From NCBI GenBank assembly GCA_951406725.2, contig OX597819.1, positions 70,122,001 to 70,186,000 on the forward strand: a stretch of 64,000 bases of DNA, read 5' to 3'. Below are positions 54,134 to 64,000 of the stretch, in pieces. The notes under the pieces were generated by a model, which searched no databases, was not told where the DNA came from, and was given only the letters and a program-made list of their open reading frames with translations. The stretch is from Octopus vulgaris (lineage: Eukaryota). The translations under genes were made by a program, and so were the position numbers. The first letter of the stretch is position 1, and each line of letters opens with the position of its first letter.

Positions 54134-54134
<1 letters not shown>
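53743..54134 (+). mobile_element. Non-autonomous Helitron, related family sharing the 3' end
   Basis: A|TC start; last ~80 nt nearly identical to 8830-8906; internal direct repeat GTCTACGATGAGTC... Confidence 0.8.
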
Positions 54135-54175
<41 letters not shown>

Positions 54176-54458
54176 TATCCCACCATTAATAGTTAAAAAC
54201 TATTTTATTGGGTAAAAATGATGAATTGATGATGGTAAACTTTCCTGAAATTTTTGGACAGAGGACTAGTCAATTAAATCAATCCCAGTGTTTCACTGGT
54301 ACTTAATTTATCGACCCCAAAAGGATGAAAGGCAAAATCAACCTCAGTGGAATTTGAACCCAGAATATGAAAACAGACGAAATACTGCTAACCATTTTAC
54401 TCGACATGCTTACGATTCTGCCAGCTCGCTGCCTAATAATAACAACAATAATAATAAC

Positions 54459-54492
<34 letters not shown>

Positions 54493-55834
54493 GAGTCTAG
54501 ACAACTAATGGATAGGAATTTTAATTCTTAGCACTTACAAAATACTAGTTCAATCTATTTTAGAAAGGGCAAAGAAAAAAACACAGAAAAGAAACAAAAA
54601 CACCAATGTGTGGCAACCGAATTTTTCTTGATATGGTTCCTTGACATCAAATAACACCAAAAATTTAAGACAGAAGATCAATAATGTCTTCTCAGTCATA
54701 CTGAGAAGAAGAGAGTTTCATTGGCAGACATTCTTTGGTAAAATAGTTCCTAATATTTCTGCAATATTGCCAAGACATTACTTAACCGAAATCAAACCAT
54801 ATCTAGCTAGGTCACATGACCTAATTTTTTTTTACTTCTTTATTATTTTGTTGTTATTGTTGTTTACTATGTTCTCTGTTGCCTTTCTAATTTGGTTTTC
54901 ATTTTGTTTTGCTTTGCCTTTGTTTTTTACAGTGATGTTGCTGGGATGCTGGATTATATCAGAGTTTGCAAAGCAATTAAGTAGAAGAATTATCATTGAT
55001 CTTTTACTCGCTTTGGTTATTGGATTGCAACCTTGTTGCTGCCACATCTACTCCTGCCCCCTTCAAGTGCTGAGTCAAACAAATCGATCAAAATACTTAT
55101 TCTAAAGTCTGGTGCTCATTCTGTTTGTTTTCTTTGCCAAACTATTATGTTATTGGGACATAAACAAAACAACATTGGTTGTTAACAGACAGGAGGAACA
55201 AATACAGATACACACACACACACACATACATATATCATCATCATTATTTAGCATCCATTTTCCATTCTGGCATCGATTAAACAGTTTAACTGGAACTGGT
55301 AAGCCGGAAAGTTATACCAGGCTCCAGTTTGATTTTGGAATATTTTCTACTGTTAGATGACCTTCCTAATGCCAACCACTCCAAGAGGGTCGATAAAAAA
55401 AATACCATCCAAGGATTGGGATCAATGTAACTGACGTACATTGGAGGGTAACTTTCTAGGTGCAATCCCATGGTCATTCATGACCAAAGGGGGTCACAAC
55501 ACACCAACAAAATAATTACCAATTACACAGTGGGGGTCAATGTAATCGACTTAATCCCTTTGTCTGTCCTTGTTTGTCCCCTCTATGTTTAGCCCCGTGT
55601 GGGCAATGAAGAAATACATACTAAAAATTTATGGCGGCAAGCTGGCTAAATCAGACAAAATGCTTACCAGTCTTTCTTCCGTTTATACGTTCTAAGGCCA
55701 AATTCCTCTGAGGTCAATATTACTTGTCATCCTTTTGGGGGTCAATAAAATAAGTACCAGTTGTGCACTGGGGTTGATGTAATCAACTTATCCTCTTCCT
55801 TGAAATTGCTGGTCTTGTGCTAAAATTTAAAACC

Positions 55835-56510
55835 AGAACCTATGGAAGAGGTAAATACAGGAAAACATGGGATGAGTTGGTGAAGCACGACCTTCGAATG
55901 TTGGGCCTCACAGAAGCAATGACAAGTGACCAAGACCTTTGGAGATATGCTGGGATTGAGAGGACCTGGCAAGTCATGCAAGTTGTAGCTGTGGCCAATG
56001 CCAGTATCATATAACAGGCCCATTTAAAAGCACCCTTCAATCGTCAGGCAATATGCTGTGCTTGAGAAGACCTGCTGAGTCAAGCGAAATTGTAGTCATG
56101 GCTGATGCCAGTGTCACCTAACTGGCACCCATGCTGGTGGCATATAAAAAGCTCCATTCAAGCATAGTAGATGCCAGTGCTGCCCAACTGGCTCCCATGC
56201 TAGTGGCACATAAAAAGCACCATGCAAGCTTAGTTGCTGCCAGTGCCCCCTGACTGGTCTCGTGCCAGTGGCATGTAAAAAGCACTATTCAAGTGTGGTC
56301 AATGTCAGTGCCACCTGACTGGCCCCCATGCCAGTGGCATGCAAAAAGCACTCACTACATTCTCGGAGTGGTTGGTGTTAAGAAGGGCATCCAGCTGTAG
56401 AAACATTACTGGATCAGATTGGAGCCTGGTGCAGCCTCCTGGCTTGTTAGTCCTCAGTCAAATTGTCCAACCCATGCCAGCATGGAAAATAGACATTAAA
56501 CAATAATGAT
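55835..56510 (+). mobile_element. RTE LINE 3' fragment with ~60-bp tandem repeats in 3' UTR
   Basis: GRGKYRKTWDELVKHDLRMLGLTEAMTSDQDLWRYA matches the C-terminus at 52507-52728. Confidence 0.85.
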
Positions 56511-58206
56511 GATTATATTCATCAAACCCATACAAAGCATGAACAAAACAGATGTAAAAACTTATGAAGCCTGAAATGTAAAGGTGATCTTGGCTGGATT
56601 TGAACTCAGAAACACAAACAAGCGACAAAAATGTCACAAAGTGCTTTTTGAAGTCCAATGCTGTAACATCTCTACCTATTGATTTCCTTCAATGCCATAA
56701 CAAAGAAAATTGCACAAGAGGTGTCGACTGACTTAGTCAACCGATAATCTTGGATACAGTTGATTTAATTCTTAGATGACTCCTTGGTGTATAGTGTCAA
56801 GTATTTTGCTCTTGTAAATCAAGAGAAATCAATAACTGCACCGATTCCACTGCACTTGGTGTTCCTGTTGATGTAATATCTTCTGAAAATTACTCACTGA
56901 CTAATAATAATAATAATAATAATAATCTTCAGCCGAGGTGTCTGTATAATATTGGTTTCAAATGTTGGCACAAGGCCAGCAATTTCGGTGGAAGGGGGTA
57001 AGTTGATTACATCAACACCACCACCACCACCACCCCAACCAATGTGCAACTGGTACCTGCTTAACTGCTTTATTGACCCTGATAGGGATGAAAGGCAAAG
57101 ATGGCCTTGGTGGAATTTGAACTCATAATGTAAAGGTGGACAAAATGCCGAAGCATTTTGCCTGGTGTGCTAATGGTTCTGCTGTCTCACCATTGTACCT
57201 CATTGTGAAATGTTGTCAACAAGACGTGGCCATTAATGTTGCTTGTCTTGGACTCTGATTTTTGCATTTTTCTGTTTGATTTAATTTTTTTTTAAAGCAA
57301 ATAACTGTTAGTGAAGTAGTGTTTAGAAGAGGGAGATGAAGGGGAGAAGAGGGGAGGAGAAAGAGTGGGAGAGAAGGGAAGAGAAGGAGTAAGGAGAGGG
57401 AAAAAGAGAGGAGGAGTTGGGGAGGGGAAGAGCAGAGAAGAGAGGATGAGAGGAGTGGAAAAAGATAGGGAGGAGGAGGAGGCAACAGGAGGAGAAGAAA
57501 AGAGAAGAGAGAGAGAGAGAGAAGAAAGGAGAGGTGACAAAGAGAAGAGGGAGAGGAGAAGAAAGGAGGAGAGGAGGAAGAGGAGTAAAGGTGACAGGGA
57601 GAGAACAGAGAGAAGGAGAAGAGAAAGCATTTAATTAGAAGAGCCATTGAGGCAGTGTAATAGATTCTATAATTAAAATCACTTAACACCTGCGTTAGAT
57701 TATTAAATAATGACGACTTAATTAACGAACTTAAGATTTCACAGCAAGGTTGAAACTGTTCTGATTTATATTTTCATTAGTGTGCAGAGGGGAGGGGGGT
57801 GATTTTTGTCATGAGTGGTGGAGGCGGAGATGATGGTCGTGCTGGTCGTTATGGTGGTAGTGGTGGTGAGGATGGTGGTGGTGTTAGTGGTGGTGGTGTA
57901 AGTGGGGTCAGGGTGGGGGTGTTTATGGAGATGATACTGATGGTGGTTGAGGAGATGGTGGTGGTGATCGTCATCATCATCGTTGTCATGGTGGTGGGTG
58001 GTGCTGATGTAGTGTGGGTGGTTATTTTGTTGGTGGACATAAACACACCAACACCAGTTGTTAAGCAGTGGTAGAAACAAACACAAGCACAAACACACAT
58101 ACACACAATGGACTTGCACTCTCCAACAACCAAACCCACTCACAAAGGACCACACAGTGGGACTGAACCCAGAACCATGTGATTGGGAAGGAAGCTTCTT
58201 GCCACA

Positions 58207-58245
<39 letters not shown>

Positions 58246-58439
58246 GCCATGATAGATCGTTAGCCACTACGCACATTTTTTTCTCTCCTTGATTCTCTCT
58301 CTGTTTTTCTGTGTCCCCTTCTGTAGAAGAGCGTAGGCTCGAAACGTAAAATACTTTTTCTATTCCTAAGCGTTATACTAATACATCTGTTTGTTTTGTA
58401 CACCACCTGTCTTTGTCTTTTGTTTTCTTTGTAAACTTT

Positions 58440-58489
<50 letters not shown>

Positions 58490-58661
58490 AATATTAGGGA
58501 ATAAATCCAAATTTACAGGGAAAAAATCAGATTTAGGATTAAATCCAATTTTATAGTAAAATATTATATAATATTATTAGAGACAAAACCACTATTTTGC
58601 AAAACAAACAAGGAAAGACTTAATCAATACATAAAATTTTAATAAAAAGTCAAAAAAACCG

Positions 58662-58704
58662 CCACTACAATTGTTTCTTGTCTTGATCGACAATCTTCAG
58701 GTGG
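58662..58704 (-). ncRNA. Minimal type I hammerhead ribozyme (mirror copy)
   Basis: Exact reverse complement of 58745-58787. Confidence 0.9.
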
Positions 58705-58744
58705 ACTTCCAATAAGTCAGTTTCAAATTAGACTTATTGGAAGT

Positions 58745-58787
58745 CCACCTGAAGATTGTCGATCAAGACAAGAAACAATTGTAGTGG
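58745..58787 (+). ncRNA. Minimal type I hammerhead ribozyme (Penelope-like), intact core
   Basis: CCAC CTGAAGA TTGTC-gatcaa-GACAA GAAAC AATT GTA GTGG: stem I CCAC/GTGG, 5-bp stem II, palindromic stem III ACAATTGT, GUA cleavage triplet at 58781-58783. Confidence 0.9.
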
Positions 58788-58870
58788 CGGTTTTTTTGAC
58801 TTTTTATTAAAATTTTATGTATTGATTAAGTCTTTCCTTGTTTGTTTTGCAAAATAGTGGTTTTGTCTCT

Positions 58871-58921
<51 letters not shown>

Positions 58922-61116
58922 GTACCTGTGCTGGTGGCACATAATAAGCACCAGGAAACTGAAGCAATGACCATGTAGTTTGGAAGCAAACTTCTTACCA
59001 CACAGCTACAAAAATAAAAAAGCAGGCAGAAGCATGTGATTAAATAGCTCACTTTGCAACTAGATGGTTTCAGGATCAATCCCACTTCATGGCACCTTGG
59101 GAAAGTGTCTTTTATTATAATTCCGGATTGATCAATGCCTTGGAAGTGAATTTTGTAGACAGAAACTATGTGGAAGCCTGCTATGTGTGTGTGTGTTTGT
59201 TCATGCATGTCATCTGGTGTGGGTTTGTTTATGCTCCAATAACTTAGCGATTCAGCAAACGAGATTGATGATAGAACTAGCGCCAGACTTAAAAATATAA
59301 GCATTAGAGTCGATTTGTTCAACTAAACCATTCTAGGTGGTGCTCCAGCATGGCCACAGTCCAATGGCTATGGAAAGTAAAAGAAAAAAATTTCAGACCC
59401 CTTCGTGACCTTTTGTGCCACCCAGTAGCAATGGCATTAGTGGTGGTCATGGTTCTAGGGCAATGGTAGTTAAAACATGATGATGGTGATGATAATGATG
59501 TTGATGGTGATGCACAATGGGGAGGAGGCTTGCATGTAGGACTTAAATCCTGCAGTTTCCATCTTAAAAGGCACTAAGTTGTCATTTAACCCTAGGTTGT
59601 ACCTAAATGAACAGACCCAGGAATAAACAAGTTTCAAGACATGTGACCACCATCTTCAGGCACAGTCCCAGGAATTTTTCAAAGGGAGAATACATGGTCA
59701 GAAGGAAATACAATTCCTGGGGAAAAGGGCATACTAACATTATTTAGAAGGGTGCACTTTTTTCTTGAGCAGGGGTGAGGGAAAATGCCCCCCAGACCCC
59801 AACCTTTAATCAAACAATTATATCTTGAACTGTTATCTTTCAAGATGCCTTTTTTTTTTTTAACCTTTTCATTTTTTTTTTCCTTTCCTTACTGTTTCCA
59901 GTCTTGCAAGTTACTTGGCAACCTCACTAGTGCTGGTACTTCATAAAAAGCACCCACTATTGTTTGTAAAGCAATTGGCTTCAGGAAGGGTGTCCAGCCA
60001 TAGAAACTGACCAAAGCTGACATTAGAGCTCAACACAGACTTGAGGTTCACCAGATCCTGTCAAACTGTCCAAGGCATATCAACATAGAGATTAAAAGAT
60101 TAAAAGCAGAGATTAAAAGATGATGAAGTATCCTTTTAAGCTAACATATTGAGGGTATGATCTGGGTGAGCTTTAGCTGCTGTGTCTTACATGTCAACAT
60201 AGTTTGATGAAGAAGATTTAAATACTTAACTGCAAAGAATAATCTCCTCCGCTATCTCTATCACAAAATGATCTGACAACAGTGAGAGAATATTCCACAC
60301 ATCTGCAATGGAGTGTCTGTTCTAACTCTTTACATTTTGAGTTCAAATCCAATCAAAGTCAACTTTGATTTTCAATGCTTCAAGGCCAATATAATAAAAT
60401 GCCAGTGAAAACAATATGACTGGTATTTTATACATTTTGGTGGTGGTGGTGATGGTGGCAGAGTGGTGGTGATGGCAGCAGTAGTGATTGGTGGTGGTGG
60501 CTGTGATGGTGGTGGCAGCAGTAGTAATGGTGACGGTGAAAGAGATGGTAATGGTAGTGGTAATGGTGACATTGGCAATGGTGGTGGTGGTGGGGGGCAG
60601 CAGTGGTAATTAGTGTGGGGTAGTGATACAGGGAACAACATCAACCGTCTCTGTCCCCAAGTTTCAGATCCAGAACAAACATTCGGACATGCTCAAGCAA
60701 GTACTACCAAGACAAACACTCTCCACTCCACCACACACACACACACAAACACACACAAATGTATACTCACCTCCTAACTCACACATACAAACATATATAT
60801 ATAAAGTTGCATACACACAGACATACATCTACACATAGATATGCACATATACACACACACACACACACACATATACAGCTATACAAAAGCATGCAGAGAT
60901 ATACACAAACAGTATAGAAGCAGACAAGCATACATATATTACATACATAGAGACATACAAAATACATACACACAAACATACACACACACACAGCATAATA
61001 GCCACAAACATATATATATATACATATAAGCACATGCACATACATACTCATACATACATAAATGCATACATATATATACATATACATATACATACATACA
61101 CACATACATGCATATA

Positions 61117-61163
<47 letters not shown>

Positions 61164-62968
61164 GAATACATATCTACTACATATGTGCGAAATTCTAAAT
61201 GTGGGTGTGTTTGTGGAGTTATTAGCTAACACCTCCTACATCACTTTATCAATTTTGATGAAACTTGACATGTGAGTAGAACTCATGTCTGGAAACCTCA
61301 TGGCATACACAGATTGTGGAAAAAATGGATAACAGGGTCCCTGGGAGGGAACCTTATATATAACCAAGGGAAATAACCCATTCATTTTCCTAAATTATTT
61401 GGTATAAATCAAATTGAGTATGCTTATTTCTTAGTATTTGAACTGTTAAAGTTATTTTCGCAATTTATCCAGTACAACCCTTAAACAAGTGGATCTATTA
61501 CAAAATAATAGGTCCACTTATTTCAGTTAGTGACTTATTCACGAATATACCAACACTAGCGCCCCTGAGAGTAATATTCCCTGGGAACACACAAAAGCCT
61601 TTTCAGAGTTATTTACTTTGAATTGCTAATATTTCATATCTGATTAGCCTGTTATTACGTCACATGCTTCACAATTTTAGCATACATACCTTATTACTAT
61701 TTCCTCCTATGTTCTATATACTCTGGGAATGCATTAAAGCCCTTTTCGGGGCTACTTTATTTGAATTCTTACTATCAGATAACTAATTTCATGTTATTAT
61801 ATAACTGACATCACAATTTGGGTATTCATAACTTATTGGGAATTCCTAAAAACAAGATCCTGTGTAAGACAGTTCGGTATTCTCTGTAAATCCACAAAAA
61901 CCATTTTAAGAGCTACATACTTTGTATTGTTGTTATTGGATTAGCAAAACAGTTATGAGAACACACATACATACATGCACACATACATACATGCACACTT
62001 ACATACATGCACACATACATACACACACACACATACATACACACACACACATACATGCACTCATATATATATATACATACACATACATGCACACATACAT
62101 ACATATATGCATGCATGTATATATGTCAGAGTATACAATACATACACATACATGAATATACTGTATACTCACACACATGTATGTGTATGAATATACAAGC
62201 ATACCCATGCATATACATACCTACATAGCTACATACCTACATACATAAACAAGGATACACACATACACACATGCACTGCTTAGACAAACAGAGTCAAGGC
62301 CAGCTGCCACATGCCTGGGTGTGCATTTGGTTGAAGTGACGTGGGTCCCAATTTCTAAGGGAAAGATGTTTGTCCAAAATGTTCCACATCCAACTGGACG
62401 CTTATTGTTTACGCATAAAGCAAACAGAAAACACAAGGGAGGATGTCTTGTAGGCCAGTTGGACGGTTGGTTATTGGGTTAGTAACTGGTGGTGTTGATT
62501 CGACAAGAGTAGGGAAGTGCTGTGCCTAGATTTCTGAGGGAGGTGGTTGTTGTTATTATTGGTGGTTGTATTGCAGTGGTAGTAGTGGTGTCACAGTAGT
62601 GGTGGCGATAGTGGTGTAGCAGAGGCAGCAGTGGTGGTGGCAGCAGCAGTGTTGGTGTGGTAGTGGCAGTGTTGGTAGTTAGGGTAAAGGTGATGGTTGT
62701 TTGTGGTTGGTGATAATTGCTGTTATTGCTGAGGTGGTAGTGAAAGGACGGTGGTGGTGGTAGCTGTGGTGGTCATCATCATCGTCATCGCCACGGTTGC
62801 GGTAGCAGTAATGGTCGATAGTCTGTTGGTTCATTGGTTGGCTGGCTGCACTGGCATACTTGCATGCGTGCATATCCATATATCTGTGTGTGCATGTGTG
62901 TCTGTGCATGTGTATGCATGTGTGTGAGTGTCTGTGTGTCTATGTATATGTCTGCATGTGTATGTATG

Positions 62969-63006
<38 letters not shown>

Positions 63007-64000
63007 ATAGATAGAAGAGATCATAGTGCTATGTTGAAATGTAAAGGCAGGGTGCAGCAGGAAGAAAGGGGGAAGGTGAGGGAGTGATATGGAAAATACC
63101 GGAACACATGGAAAATACCAAAGCTTTCTCCATCCCAATCCAAACCCCATGGCACTTCCTCACCAAATACAAAGAATAAATCATTTTCCTCCAATTTCAA
63201 TACACACACACACACACAAATACACACAAACATATACACACATAACACATGCAAACACACACACACAAACATATACACATAAAAACACATGCAAACACAT
63301 ACACATACATACACATGCACGTACACAAGCAAACACACACTCACATACATGCAAACGTCATACATTCTTACATTTACACAGCCACATAAACATTTACATA
63401 TACACACACACATACACACACACAAGTACTACCTACACATACATATGTACATACACACACTCCTCTCTCCATCATTTAGCAATCTGCCTTCCTCTTCCCC
63501 CAACCAACAGAAACTTAATCTTTAATCAGAATTTCATTCATGCAACAATCATTATTGATACATTTACAATGGCCAGCCTGGTATGTGTTTGATGTAGTCT
63601 GTGCATGTGTGTGTGTATATATATATATATATATAAGTGTATGTTATATCTCAGTGTACGAGTGTGTGCATCATTGAGTGTTTGTAAACATGTGTATCTG
63701 TGTTGGTGTGTGTTGTTGGATGCATATTATCATCATCATGAACGTCTGTTTCCCATGCTCGCATGGGTTGGGCGGTTTGACAGGTGCTGGCAAGGCTAGG
63801 AGCCACCCCAGGTTCCATTGTGTTTTTGCATAGTTTCTACAGCTGGATGCCCTTCATAATGTCAACCACTTTAACAGAATGAACTGGGTACTTTTTATGT
63901 GGCACCCACACCAGTGCTTTTTATACAGCGCCAGCACCAGTGCTTTTTAGCGCCTTTTATGTGACACCAGCACCAGTGCTTTTTACATAGCACCAGTACT

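Larger units (their letters stand above)
58487..58878. mobile_element. Penelope-like element terminus with inverted pseudo-LTR, in (TA)n
   Basis: Perfect inverted arms 58571-58718 / 58731-58878 with 12-nt spacer; left arm continues about 85 nt further; (TA)n on both flanks; hammerhead in each arm. Confidence 0.8.

Noticed and set aside
54641-55105. 154-aa hydrophobic ORF or plus-strand acceptor at about 54932
   Set aside because: Hydrophobicity comes from T-rich low complexity; no partner exon or recognisable motif
56795-56882. Possible minus-strand exon EDITSTGTPSAVESVQ...
   Set aside because: Weak polypyrimidine tract, no convincing donor, frame ends in a stop
61172-61560. Possible old Helitron
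   Set aside because: TC-like start and a CTAG are present, but no clear hairpin or second copy

Overview
Eukaryotic, very repeat- and microsatellite-rich DNA. The repeat families look like those of octopus/coleoid cephalopods (inference from memory, not a search result). Almost all listed ORFs are microsatellite artefacts. Much of the window appears to be intronic sequence of a minus-strand gene: three short, phase-compatible exons (26217-26264, 20320-20443, 3575-3690) splice into a peptide with a TNKS1BP1/KIAA1671/CRACD-like motif. The rest is decayed mobile DNA: RTE LINEs, a CRE-type RLE fragment, mariner, maT and Tc1 copies, hAT/piggyBac/pogo MITEs, non-autonomous Helitrons and several tRNA-derived SINE families. 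The most notable signal is about 13 minimal type I hammerhead ribozyme motifs (intact, mutated or partial) from at least 5-6 unrelated Penelope-like repeat families, several in fold-back inverted pairs. They include a perfect 148-bp-arm hairpin with an intact ribozyme on each strand, and a tRNA-headed, hammerhead-tailed SINE in which one copy has TTAGGG telomeric repeats exactly at the fold-back point.
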